Positions 13,644 through 26,883 of a DNA stretch of 64,000 nt are shown here, one piece after another. The position numbers were made by a program, and so were the translations under genes. Source of the stretch: Haplodiscus bocki (taxonomy: Eukaryota). Numbering within the stretch: the first letter of the stretch is position 1; each line of letters starts with the position of its first letter. The notes beneath the pieces were generated by a model. That model saw only the letters and a list, made by a program, of their open reading frames with translations, was not told where the DNA came from and ran no database searches. The stretch spans positions 76,694,001-76,758,000 of the forward strand of contig OZ296656.1 of assembly GCA_965655095.1 (NCBI GenBank), in the 5' to 3' direction.

Positions 13644-16487
13644 CTGAATTTCCCCGGCGATTCCTGCTACTAGTATTCCTTAGAATGAATACCTTCAGAG
13701 GAAGAGACAATTTTTTGATTTTTTTCCAATTCGCCGGGTGTTACCAACTCTATACTGGCAGACAGGGTTCCTTCTCAACCCTCATTCACTTTTTCAGCAA
13801 ATTGCGAAAACAGAAGCCAAAAGTTTCCACGGTTTAATCTCTGTAAAAGTATATTCATTTGGGGAGCAAGGAATTTTTCGACATTTGTTTTCAATTTCTG
13901 CGCTCTCATCGTTCCTTATGGCCCCTCCTGTACTCTCACGCAATTTTGCTGTGTTCTGAAAAAGTTTTCAAATGTTGCACAAAATTTTGTATTTCGTAGG
14001 AAGTCGCAAAATGTACCAGAAAGCGTTGAAAAAACAACCCAGAAATATTGAGTACTTCGTAAAATTGAAATTTTCCGAAGTCCTAATTAAAAAATCGTGA
14101 GTCTTAATAAAATAGCTCCATTATGGGCCGCAGAGGAATAAATCCAAAAAAAATGAAAAACCGAGATAAAAGCCTTCTGGTAAATTTCTTTTAGCCAAAA
14201 ATAATTGGATATGCCACTAACACCCAATAAAAACGTTGGAAAAGATAACCGCCCACCAAAGCGGATATGACTTCGGAAAATTTTTGGGAAGGCCATAGCC
14301 TCCCTACCCGTAACCCTTATTCCATTTTCCCGCGAATTGGGATAAATGAATTCAAAATTACGGACTAGGTCGCAAAATGTCGTACGAAAAAGTATCAAAA
14401 AAAACAAAAACCGAGTAACACTACAAGTACTTCGTAAGACTAAAATTTTTGGAAGTCCAAATAACAAAACGGAAATACACGTCGTAGACTTTCAAGTGCT
14501 TTCGAATTTAAACGTCAAAGCAAACAATCCAATTGCTCATTCAGCCTCATGCATGTCGGAATTCCGTTTTTTTCACGGGTCAAAAAGACCCATTCTGTGG
14601 AGAAAATGCAGTGTTTCGGAAAAAATTATATGTATTATATGTCGTATAAAATGGTCAACACCACCGAAACATTCGGACTGAACATGTAGATACTGATTGT
14701 CAGGTAAAAACCAGGACGACACTCAGTTGTTTAGAGTTACTAGTTTGAAGATGACAAATAGGAAAAGACGTGAACAGATTCTAGCTCTTTCAAAACAAAT
14801 GTGAACATAAACAAGTCGATCACCGATTGAACACCTTTTACAATAAAGAGGTGCTGTTGTATTGCCTGGACAAAAAGGAAGTCTATTGAAGGCTGCTGCA
14901 GTGAGAAAATATTACGTTCTAAAAACAACAGAACAACTAAACTAAACTTAAAGTAGGAAAAAGCCTGTCTCGTTTTAAGCTAAAGAAAACTTTTCATAAA
15001 TTCCAAAACTGCCAGCAAAACTTAATATGCGTTAAAGATTCACTTAAAGTCATGCCAACATGAGGAGATGAGACATCTTGTCAACAGCAAAAACAGAAAC
15101 GAATTCGATGCTATAAACGCTTCATGGAAGTGAAAATGTGGAACATATGGAATCACTTTGTATCCTACTTTGCACGTTCATTTTTCTGCTTTTGCTCAGA
15201 CAAAACTAAATCCCGTTCGGAGCCCAGGTGGTATGATAACTGCCTTTGGACAACAAAACCGACTGAGAACTCGGGAAGCCTTCCAAGACTTTTAAAGAGG
15301 CAACATTTGAAAAATTGCCAGACAGCCACTACAACTTGATGTGCCTTGAAATCATGGCATAGAAGGGCACTTGGGCAACAGAAAGTTTGCGCAAAAGACC
15401 AGTTCCTAAGAAAAACGTTTTGGAAAGACCAAACACCGAAATAGATTAGGGGCTAAGATACAGCACTTGAAAGTTTCTTCAGACAGGAAGGCAGAGTGTT
15501 TTTTCAGCAGAAAATGGCTACCCGAATAAGAGCAGAAACGATCAAATGCTAAAAATCATTTCCAAGTGTCTATAGAAACATTTCAAAACAAGTTATAGTC
15601 AAAAAATTTTGTTCGGTATCACACAACATTTGGATAGTACATTGATTTGGATAGAACATTGATTTGCAGGCTAGTTGGTTACCTTAGCTTACAGTAGAAT
15701 ATAGAGCTAAGGTATGACGTAAACAATGAGTCAGTACATAAAAGTAAGGAATTAGCAGACATCGGAGGAAAAGGTAACAACTGATTTGAAGATTTTGTAC
15801 TATATCAAGTAATTTGAAGGCAATAAAATGTGTGACTTCATATCAAAAGATTTCAAGTTATCCCATTTTTTAAATTATTGATAACATTGAAAATAATGGA
15901 CAACACTTCATTTTAATACCTCAAGATTGTGTATATTTTGTTGGACTTCAGTTTTACAACTTTAATTGATTTGAAAATCGAGAAAGTTGCTAAATTCATG
16001 CTCTTGGCCTTCACACGAGTCATCAAAAGTCAACTCAAACTAGTTTTGGTAAAAACACGTATATGGCCAAGTCATTTTCATGCGCGCACACCTTTTCGTG
16101 TACACTGTAACTTTTCCTGTTTACTAGCAAGAACGGAAAAGATGAATAATCAAGAGATTCGGCTACCACTGGGATATTTTACGCTTTCCAACACTGTTAA
16201 AATGCGTTTTAGATGAAACTTTTTTGGACTCTACATGGAATTTACCAGCTTCTACCAATTTACGAAAATCATTTTCTACACAAATCTCAATTTCCGTCAA
16301 AAAAAAGCGTCGTTGAGAACTGCTAATATTTCATTCGTATTCTACGGTAAACTTCTATCACTATTTGGCGGTAAAAAATTCAGAGACAGGATCGTGCAAT
16401 TTTCAAAAATACGGTAAAAAACGAACGCGGCAAGAGGACTATTTTCCTTCATATTATAAATGAGCAAAAGAAGACCATTGGGCTAAC

Positions 16488-16874
16488 CAGGTTGAAGACA
16501 GCCGCCACAAATTAAGGGCGCGTCTTTCACGGAACAGGAGTCACATTTCAACTGACCACTGGGTGTGATGGTAATGTCTGATTTTTTCTTCACCCCTGTG
16601 AGGGGCGCATTGCACGAAACACAGAAGAGACAACTCTGATGGAAGGTGTACCCAAGAATCACAGTGCAAGAATCGTTGAGGGGTAACCGGCAAGCACAGC
16701 AATTCAGGCCATATGTGTAGTGAAATACCGACGGTGTGAACACTTCGCTTTTTTGGGCCACTAACGTCGCTCCCTCGAGGTCAGTGCCGAAACAGGTCGT
16801 GGACTTTTCTGGGTCTATGTACTTCTGGATGTCTTGCTGTCCGGGAAATTGCACCTTGCCACCACCGCCTCCAA
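16488..16874 (-). CDS. Internal exon of a host LIM-domain protein (one complete LIM plus the start of a second)
   Basis: Translation CCACRLPL...FHQSCLFCVSCNAPL...LKCDSC fits the LIM pattern C-x2-C-x16-H-x2-C-x2-C-x2-C-x~20-C-x2-C and is followed by ICGGCLQP. Bounded by acceptor aaaatcag| (16875) and donor G|gttagc (16487); 387 nt, phase 1-1. Confidence 0.85.
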
Positions 16875-19518
16875 CTGATTTTGATGAAAATACATGCTCA
16901 CAATTTTTGAATTGATAAAAATCTTATCGTAAGAGCTCGTGTTTTTTCATCAACTTCCACCAAGCGATAGGTGGCCAAACTTGACTACCACTTTAATGTG
17001 TCTAAAAACAATTTGCCTGGGCTGATTTTTGGGGAAAATTCAAATTTTTTGGTGCTTAAATTAAATTACACCGCAATCAGGCTGAGAAACTTTTCCATAT
17101 TTTGGTACATTTCATTTTGTAGCAAAATGAGCTGCATATCGTTTCAATTTTTTTTCGAACAATCCAAAAAATCAGATATCCAGAAACTCCACCTGCAATT
17201 GACATATTCGTGTTCCAGATTTCGCTGAGAGAAAAGTTTCATATTACTGTTCAATATACTATAAGCCCATTTTTGAGAGCTGTTAAACTTCAATCTACGT
17301 TAAAACGCAGCCAAAGCAACAAATAAGCGAAGCAGCGTTAGCGAAACTTTCAGCCCATGAGCGGCCGCTCAAGCGCCTGTTTTATTGTCACAAATATGCG
17401 CAGTCGAAAACGTTGCTCCTGTAACTTTTGTCAGGACACCCAAAGGTCTTACAAAATATGACACTCAACATATTTTCAGCGAGTCTCTCGCGGCGGTTGC
17501 TTTCCGGAAGCGGCAACAATTTAAGTAAAAAGCGAAACAAACTGCCAAAGTTCCTGAGAATTTATTATTGATGAAAGTTAATCTGTGAACTGGCCTTTTG
17601 ATTCCTCATCTTATTCATCAGCGGTGAGCAGAAAAAGGCGCAATTTAGATAAAGTGTGAGCAAAAAATATCCAATAACCAAAAGCGACAATGAACAATTT
17701 TGTTGATCGATCAAAAATAGACTGTTTCGCATATGCATTTCTGGTACTGTTGACTGGCATTTCGCAGCAAAAACGAGAATGCGTTTTAAAAATGAGAGAC
17801 AATTCAGCGAAGCTCATGGGTTAAATTGGTGATAAGTAATTTTTCTTGACATTCCGAATACGGAAAACAGATCAAGAGCGACTGAAAACAAAAAGATTAA
17901 ACCCAAGATCCGGTAGCATCAAAAAACAGAGGAGAAGCTAGGGTTCACAACACTGGCGCCAACGGAATGCCAGTTTAAATCGGAACAGTGTAAACTTCAC
18001 ATTCAAAACAGGAAAATAGGCCACGTGAAGAAATTTTTGCAACGAAGCCAGAGCGCATGAACAAAATGTTGGAACAACGGAATCTCGGGAAAAAATGGAG
18101 TTTCGAACTAATCGAGAAAAACTGGCAGAAGCTTGTGACATAACACTTGTTTGCGCAAAATTCGGAACACCAGTAACAATAAATAGTGGTAAAAGCCTCT
18201 CGAAAACAAAATGAAATAATATGAAACATCGAAAGGAAATTCTACCTCAGTTAAAAAATTGATAATTGTCAAAAACATACTGTCGGGAAAATAATTTTTC
18301 CAACTTCTGCTAAAAATTGCATAGCTTATTGTGGACTGCGAATTTTATTGTGAAGAATTTCCCCATAAAAAGCAAATTTTTACATATCAGGATTCTTACT
18401 CGAGAACCATAAAAAATGAGAGCTAGGGTGCAAGGAGGCTCTTTCGTGGCTCCGATAGTATATTATCATACACTAATTAAGGTAGCGGAACTTGTAGCAA
18501 AAACACCTGCGTATTACCCCAATCTAATGCAATTGTAGCCAAAAAGCTGATTTGGGGAGCAAAAACTATGGAGAATCGCAAACAATCTCAGTTTCAGGCT
18601 CACTCAGGAGCACAAAAAGTACATTTTTCGAAAATCATAAAATTTTCCAAGTCCATTACATTCTATTCAATTCACATGAATGTGAAGTCAAAGATAATTT
18701 GAAGGCAACCTAGCAAAATTATGCGAAAATCGTCGAATTAGACGGCAATTCTGGAAAAACGAATGCTAAAAAACGACCAAGTTCCAATTGTTGATACAAA
18801 ATGGATAAACGAAAAACATGTCCTCCCGTACTGCTTTGCAATGCAAAATTAGCTGGAAAGCAAAAATAGGAAGCAACCGAGTGGAAATTAGCTAAAAGTC
18901 GAAATATTTGCCAGTGTCTTGTTTACTTCACACGTCCGAGCCTTCAAAACTTCATGTAGTCAGCCGTACTTGTTGTTCTGTATCATTTTCGTTTGGCTAA
19001 GTTACAAAATTATCGATAAGGAATGTAAATGTTCTCTAATCTGGCCTACTTTAGAGCACAGAAACGCCATTTCAGCCCAATAAAAAATCCTTGAAACACT
19101 CCAAAAGACCAACTGTATTTATCTATATTTTGCTTCCCGTTGAAATAGTCTGGACACGCTTCCATAGAGTTGATATTCCACCAGACTTTTGAAAATAAGG
19201 GAAAGAAAGGTAACTGGGTAAATTTTGATCTACCTGAAAACAAGAACACCATTTCGTGGCAAACATTTTAAAAACTTTTTTTCACTGATTTAAGCTGCAT
19301 GCTTAGTTGGAAAGAATAAACATTACTCAAGACCGGAAATTGTTAATACAGCAAAAACTTCCGCTTTTTCACAAGAAAACAAGAAATTTTCCAGCATTTT
19401 TCATTGGTAGTAGTTTCGTCAACTTTCAGAACGCAGATCTCTTGCAATTGAGAAATTAGCGTTATTTTCAAGAAAAATGTCAAATTGAGAATAAAGGAAG
19501 TATCGAACGCAAAAAACT

Positions 19519-19548
19519 TGGTCGAGATGGGATTCGAACCCGGAGCGT
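19519..19548 (-). other. tRNA 3'-half-like fragment (B-box + CCA), possible SINE remnant
   Basis: The minus strand reads ccgggttcgaatcccatctcgacca followed by a T-run. The T-stem is imperfect and no matching 5' acceptor strand is present, so it is not a full tRNA. Confidence 0.3.
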
Positions 19549-20379
19549 CGTAGTAACATCCCATAAAGAAACAGCTGATACGCCAAAAAGTAACCGATTG
19601 TCAAGTCGCAGGGGAAGTTCGTCCCACAGCTCACCTTGTGCGAGCTGTTAACAATATGACAAAACATAGGCGTTAAGATACTTAGCGCAGTGCGCGCGCG
19701 AATCAGCGGCCAGTAGAGCGTACTGCGTCCAAGAAAATTTCCGTCAGCATTGAGCAAATAGCGCTGCAATCAGAAGCAAAAGCATAAAATGAACAATTGG
19801 AAATACGCGTTACTCATATTTGTTACGTTAAAATCGCCATTATGTGAGTGCTGCTTCAAAACAATCATTTCCACTTGTTTTACACGCAGCTTTTAGTCCA
19901 TGTAATGCTGGACAGCACGAATACACAACCCTGAAACCACTGCTAGGGAGCGCGCCTAATGTAAAGACTGAAAAAACTGGCACAACATCTTGAGGTTTTT
20001 CTGCAAAACTTAAAAGGGAGAAAACCGTGAAGAAATTATTGATGGTTCCGACTGAAGACTACAGCGTTCCCTCGAAAAAAATACCCGAGTTTGTTATCAT
20101 AACACAATGCTCAGGAAACTGACGAAAAAAAGGTTTTGCAAAAATTTTGCGGACTTTTTTCTGTTGATTGCTAGCCATGAAAAATTCTCAGAGGCAAAAA
20201 TTGATTGGATGGCTGCACACACCACTCAATCAATTTCATGGTTAACCACTATAAGTTAATGGCCAAGTTTGACGTCTTCAGAGCGCATCTTAGCTTCAAT
20301 TTCTCTTAAAAGGAATCCATAAACTCAAACCTCGACTAATAATTTATGTGGCACAACTAAGGCAATCCAGAAAGGCAAA

Positions 20380-21083
20380 ATTTCACTGCAAAGCAACGTC
20401 AGGATCTCAATTCGCCGACATCAAGTGGATAGACGTCATTTGTGAGTTTGCGAAGCCGATGAACTGCTAAAAAATGACATTTTTCCGTTAAAACTAAAAA
20501 TTCGCAAACAACGAGTCAAATACTTCAAATTTGACACCCAAAACCAACTATTGAACGTAAAGAAAACTATTTTTAGCACCTATGCGTACAACTGAAAGGA
20601 CCACTGGGGGCCAGTCGAAGGAAGCAAGGAAATTGAAGTCAGAAAATCGGATAAGACCGAAATTTCGAAGGATTGACAAATTGTAGTTTCTTGCCGAAAA
20701 CTGGCCAGCAAAAAATTGACGAAAAATGCCACATCATAGCGCTCCATTGGATGATCTTCCATCGATTGGTTTGAAAACATTATCATTTTCAAGCTCTTTG
20801 TAAGAACAGCACTCAAAAGTATATGCTTTGCCCTTTGAAAAAAATATGAAAAATTTTTCCGCTTAAAACTCGCCAAAAAAATACGGCGGACGATTATTTG
20901 AGATATGATAGATCGTGAACCCATCGTAGTGTTCATCAAAACACTGATAAATCTGACCAATAGGTGTCGCGAATACCAGACTTGAAGAGATGAAACGTAG
21001 AGGGATTTCACAGACAGGAATAAAAACGCAATGATTTTGACGAGTCCTTGTGCAAAAAGGCTTCGCTCCGCTCATCTAAAAAA
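20380..21083 (-). mobile_element. Non-autonomous HINE-like repeat, copy B (inverted relative to copy A at 9457)
   Basis: The minus strand begins ttttttagatgagcggagcgaagcctttttgcacaaggactcgtcaaaatc and shares blocks such as atccctct.cgtttcatct, attggtc.gatttatc and ggttcacgatctat with 9457-10310. Confidence 0.6.
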
Positions 21084-21824
21084 CGCGCGTCGTCCGTGCT
21101 AAGCCGGCGCTTTGGCGGCCTAATCATTCTAACTGAACCGAGCTTAGTTTGAGTAGAGATTTTTTTCAAAAAAACTGCGGAATTCAAAGACCATCTTATA
21201 CAAATACCATTTTGTTCCAGATTTTATTTCCATTTCACGGAAAAGACTTATTATTTAAATGTTCCGTCGTAACTGAATTCCCAAAGGTTTTATTCGTCAT
21301 TCAAGTCGTCACATCATCTGTGATCTATGGTACTTTAAGAGCAAGTAAACTAGCCGACAAAAGTAACCATCAGTTCATTGTTTTCAGTAAGAGTCAATAT
21401 TCAAGTCCAAATTTCGTGAAAAATTCTCATTTCTAGAAAATTTTTCTAGATTATGCTAAAAATTTGAAGTAGTCTTTATTGGTGTTTTTTTTCTTTGAAA
21501 ATTGGATCAGTATTTGAAAAGCTATGATACTCTAACCTTTACGAGTTTTGGATCATTTTGTGAAGCTTTTGCCAAAAATATCCCTCAAGAGATCACCGGA
21601 AATGTCACATGTTTTTCAATGGCCAAGCATCTCTTCGAATTTTTTTTGAAAATTCTCAAGAAAAACTCCTGAATAGCGGTCGAATGAAAACTAAAACTAT
21701 TCACTATACACCCAATCTTTATACATGAGGGCTGGGAGGTCATTTTAGTTTTTTAGAAAGCACCAATAAAGTACTCCAAATTTTGAGCATATTTGTTTCT
21801 ACAAGTTCTTTCTAAAACACAGAA

Positions 21825-21850
21825 GCGAAGCTGAGCTTCGCAACACTTGT
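21825..21850 (+). other. Helitron-like 3' terminus: GC-rich hairpin followed by CTTGT
   Basis: gcgaagc-tga-gcttcgc (21825-21841) then aacacttgt, resembling the hairpin + CTRR/CTNG-T ends of rolling-circle elements. Confidence 0.4.
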
Positions 21851-22286
21851 GCCAACGGACTACTAAGAAAAAAATCGACTCACTATAATTGCTTTTTGAA
21901 GTGGCCACGATACTGCGAATACTGATAAAAAGTGTACAGAAACTGTTAATTGTACTACATTTATATACAAGTAAGAAACGCTATATTTTATTCGCTTCAA
22001 ATTTTGAATAAAAACAATACTTGTCAAGCAACAATGGCACAGTCAGGTAGAGAATGCGGCTGCGCCGGGAACGGTACCAGGTTCGAGCTGAGGCCACTCC
22101 CTCCGCTTAGGTCAATTCTAGGAACTTGTGTCAGTTGTGCTGAGATCTGGAAAAGTTTTAAGACTGTTATACCACTTGCGCTAGTGTAACAATGAGACAC
22201 TGCCTATCAAATTTGGACCTGAATATTGAATCTTTCAAGAAAAAAAAGAACTGACAATTACTTCTGTCGGCTACTGTATACATTAC

Positions 22287-22551
22287 GTAATTTGCTTTTT
22301 TGGCAACTTGTGAGCATGCCTGAAGGTTTAATTTCAGATTTGACTTCTTCCGCTTCTTTCTGTTGGATCTCGTCTTCAACCTCTTCGACTAAATTTTCGT
22401 CTCCGTTCTGAGCTATTTCTGCTGACTGAACAGAAGCCTTTTTCTTCCTAGCACTCTTCTCCAAGCTGCGAGAGGCAACGGAATCCTTTGTTTCGTAAGG
22501 TGCGTCATCTTCTTGAAGACTGTGGCCCTTGCCACACACGGCACCCATGAT
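22287..22551 (-). CDS. Probable first coding exon of the LIM-domain gene (MGAVCGK N-terminus, acidic/Lys-rich linker)
   Basis: Acceptor tttatag| lies 3 nt before ATG (22548). Protein-like translation MGAVCGKGHSLQEDDAPYETKD...EEVEDEIQQKEAEEVK. Two phase-1 donor candidates (AG|gcatgc after 22320, C|gtaatg after 22287) are compatible with the phase-1 acceptor at 16874. Confidence 0.6.
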
Positions 22552-24049
22552 CTATAAATGATAGAACTAAAAAGTCCCAAAAGCAATGAGCGGTGAACTA
22601 GAGATAAACCGTGCCGAAATCTGATTCCGAAAACCAAAGAAAAGCAACGTAAACTATGTAACTAGTAAATATACAACACAAAATGCAATTAGGTTACAAC
22701 GGGTGTCTCATATCGAGAGAAGCTTTCTTAGTCGTTCGAAGCTCCAATAAAATAATGATTAGTATCAAGTGCTCAAGAAGTTGGCAATTGAGGGCGAGAT
22801 CAAGCTCAGTTTCACTGTAAGCTACTTCAGAAGTCTTGATATATAAACATTATGTGAGTACCGTGCCGCTGTGTCCTTTGCCAACCAGAGTTGAACCTGG
22901 TAACCTAACATCAATGAGTAAGCTATCAGAAACACGCTGTTATCTAGTGCAAACCGCGTAAACTTGAATCAGGCTGATACCAACTTGGTACCACTATCTT
23001 ATGCAATTCATATTATACAGCACTGATTATTCTACAAAACAATGCAGCAAGTACAAATCCATTTCAGACAGTCATTCAGTAAAAAATTCGACAAGCACTT
23101 TCAAGAGCATTACAAATAGCATAATATTCGGTACAGGTCATGTCAGGTAAAATGACAGGCAGTTCTGGAATATCTTTTTGCTCATTCAATTCAAATAACC
23201 GTGAGATCACCACCGAGACAAGCCTTCGCGACGATTATATGCATACCAAAAACGGAGTGTTCTAGAATCAAATGAACGTCGATACCACTGCTGCAGCTAC
23301 ACAAGAGTCACAATCCGAACTATTCGAAAAAACTCCAAGTTTGGTTGAAGATCCGTCAAAGCATAGAATTGACTTTAAACCCGAAGACTTCAATTTTAAA
23401 AGGAAGAAGTTCATTTCTATGCTGCCTGAGCAGAGAAAACAGTATAAGGGGCCCTCGAACAGGTGTAAATCCTAACCATGAAGAACCCAGGAAAAAATTC
23501 TAGTTTTGATTTGGAAATGGGACAGAGAAAAGATCCTCCCTAGGTTATGACAACACATCTAAACTTACTAATGAAAGGTTTGTACACTCTCTCTCTACAA
23601 GACGAGAGAATTTCTGGGAGTAATCCACTCCGCAGTAAGTGAATCAACAGTTGAGCGCCACGTCTCCTCACAGATGTACTAAGCATTAAACTACCTTTCC
23701 TAGGAATATTATATTCCACTATGTCCATGTTCAGTTTTTGAAGTGAAGATTCTCGGCGAGTGAAGACTCCGTTGAGGTACTCGGAACAATGTGATCTTCT
23801 GAGCGACTTCAAGGTGAACTTGATAAACTCTAGTGTATCAGGATCGGAAAGTATCATGATATTGTTTTCCGCGAATATTGCTTTCGTCGGGAAAAATCAC
23901 TTTTCGAAAAAAAAATCAAATTAATTACATTTTTCTGGAATAAAATAGGTTTTAATTTATTTGACGTTGACTTATAGATAAGTAGACCGTATAGCAAAAA
24001 TGGCTTGATTTCTACATCGTAGTATCGTAGAGCACTTCTCTTCACCAAT

Positions 24050-26800
24050 GAACAGAGGTGCACAATAAGAGACGAATGACTGCTCACTTTCTAAGGACAA
24101 TAACATGTTGCTCAAATTTAAAATTTCTGTCTACAAAAATGCCCAAAAAATTGACAACCTCACAATCTGATATGATTGAACAACCTACCTTGAGAGCATG
24201 TTTTTCGTTTCCAAAATGAACCTACGGCGTTTTCATGTTTAGAAAGATTTTTTTCAATTGACCAAGCTGGAAATTGACCAAGTCCAGCATTTCAATTGTA
24301 TCACTCTGGGATTTATCATGAAAAACAATGTTCGTATCATCAGCAAAAAGAAAAAATTCAATTTCCTTAGAAATACTTTGTAAGTCATTGACATACAGAA
24401 TAAACGAAAGAGGACCAAGTATGCAGCCCTGTGTAAACCAACCTCAATATGGCAAGCCAAAGTTGTCATTCAGTTAATTACAACCATTTGCTTTCAACTA
24501 CATAAATGTAATTTGATCCAGTTATTCGCTAGGCCCAAGACTCCTTAAAATTTTAGCTTCCTCAGAAATTTGCCATGATTTATGGGACCAAGAGCTTTTT
24601 TCGAATCCAAAAAAGAGGCAACTATATTTGAGATTTGAATCACAATTGATTTTTTTCCGTAATCTCAGCTAAGGCATCAATCGTATCATAAAGCACTCGA
24701 ATACTGGACTCATCATGAAAAATCATTTTCTACGACTCCAAATACTTGGATAATCGATCGTAGAAGGCAGGTTTTAAGATTTTACTCAACGCTGGCAGGA
24801 ACGAAATCGGCCAATAGTTATTTACGTCGGATCGTATACCAACTTTGAAAAGCGGCAGCAATCTTGCGTGTTTGAGACAATCTGGAAACTCACCGAGAGA
24901 GAAAATTGGTTCACAAGATGAACCACAGGCTCTATTATTACCGCTAAGCTAACTAAGAATTTCAGTGGAGATGCTACCACGTCCTACAGCTTTCCCATCG
25001 GACAGTTTTAATACCAAGGCATCCATTGGAAAGAGGAACAACGTTGACCATACGATGTTATCGACAGGAAACTCTTTCGTTTTCCACTTTACCGTCAAGT
25101 ATCGGATCCAAAAGATTAAGTCCCATGCTAGCCAATTTCTCGTTGAAGGTATTCGCATCATCGTAATCATTTTTCCACAACTCGGCAGTTTTCAGCAGAC
25201 TTTTCAGCAGACATCAGGGACTTTCGATTGTTGGTCCTGAAATGGACTTCAATTCTGTAAAAAGGGACTTGGGACTTTTTACCCATCATAAATTGAGTTT
25301 GTTGTATGCTAAAAATAATGATGCTTTTTGCCTAGCCAACCGATATCGTGATAGTTTTGCCGTCTAAGGTGAAAATCGAAAAAACCGATACAGCCGGTCT
25401 TTTTCAGCTAGAAGATTTAGGTAATTGTTGTCGTACTGAGGGGGCTTGTTCTGTTTGCAAGTCCCAACATTGCTCGAAGTTGCGAACATGTCTATTAAGC
25501 TTTATATAGAAAGCAAAGTCGCTGAATTGTGACTCAAGACTGAGCATAGAATAGGAGTGGCAGAGAGCAGACTAAGCACTGAAGGCATACTTTTTGAACA
25601 CATGCATCTTTTAGAAAAACAATCTTTAAGATAATGTTGATAACTGCGTGTTTGACTTTTTAGCAGTGGGAATCGGACAAAAATCCACAATGATCAGTTA
25701 TTGATAAACCCTTGATACCTTTAAGGAATTAAAAAAAAGGGATTGAGCAAAATATGGTCCAAGACTGTTTCGCTTTACTTTGTTATTCTTGTCGTTTTTT
25801 TATACAGTTCTTCATGCTTGAAACTATTCAAAAACAAAGATTAAGAACACACTGAAACTACTGCAGTATTTTTTATATCTCCCAGAACAAAGCGAGGGTA
25901 TTTTTATCTACCACACGCAAACAGACGATGCTGTAAATGAGTGAGAAAATCATATTTTGGCGAAGACGACGATTTATACACACAAAACACGAAGTACTCA
26001 CAATGACCAGTTATGATTTTGATCAGCAAACACTCCATATCCAAGTCATTAAGCAAAAGTTGATAAATTAAATCAAGTGTAACGTATATCACAACCCCTC
26101 AGTTTCTACTCACTCCTTCCACCATTGTCGGAAAATGGTAGCTTTCCAATTTAAACAGACCAGGACTTTGACCATGATCCAATGTTCCTGATAGACATAA
26201 AATATAGGGTTTATCCGGGAATTCGGATACTTGGTACGCAAGTTGGGCAAATTTTTTCCGGATAGATCTTACATTCAAGTGCAAAACCCAGTCTCCGCCA
26301 TCTTTCGGAAATTTAAGAAGTATTTTATTTTAGTCTTTTTACGGTTCAGGAGATACGTCAGACGACCCCGTAACAAAAATAGAAATTGCATTTTACAAAC
26401 AGGAAAGATGAAATCAAGGTCAAATTAATGAAGCTTGAAAAAGTTTCTTAAATGCAGTTTTGAAATATCAGTTTTTTTTAAACGACTGCTTTTCGTTCAT
26501 CATATTGAATGCAGCAACATCACTGCGTTGACACAAGGTCTCCGCTAGTCTGGCACGCAGAAGCATCAAGGTGTCATTAATGAAGACTTGTTTCCCGGCA
26601 TCCTTCAGCTTGTACTTACTTGATATGAGCCCTATTTTTGTTTGTCTGAGGAAAAACTTGACAAAAATGGGACGTCCCTTCGCATATCTCACTGCTTCAT
26701 TGGGCACCCGGTGACAAATGCCCATGTCCTGCATGACGGCTGAACACGGAAATACCACTTACAAAAATGGTTTACATCGACATCATTAGCCCTTGTAGCA
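24050..26800 (-). mobile_element. Decayed near-full-length CR1/L2-group LINE (ORF1 + APE endonuclease + RT)
   Basis: ORF1 remnant ICHRV...RPIFVKF...KLK...VFIND (26468-26758). APE N-terminus HLNVRSIRKK...PYILCLS (26099-26284). RT region FPDCLKHARLLPLFK...NNYWPISFLPALSKI (~24780-24890), DSKKALGPINH, QGCILGPLSFILYVNDL and FADDT (24347-24333). Many stops and frameshifts. Confidence 0.9.
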
Positions 26801-26883
26801 ATGTTTGAAGCATCTTTATTGGAAAACTGAAACAATGTTGAAGAAACTCTTCATTTTAAATCAATGCAACTTTCGATTAGGCA

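Noticed and set aside
19519-19600. Functional tRNA gene (also the B-box-like stretch near 11150)
   Set aside because: No cloverleaf: the 5' acceptor strand, D-arm and anticodon arm are missing.
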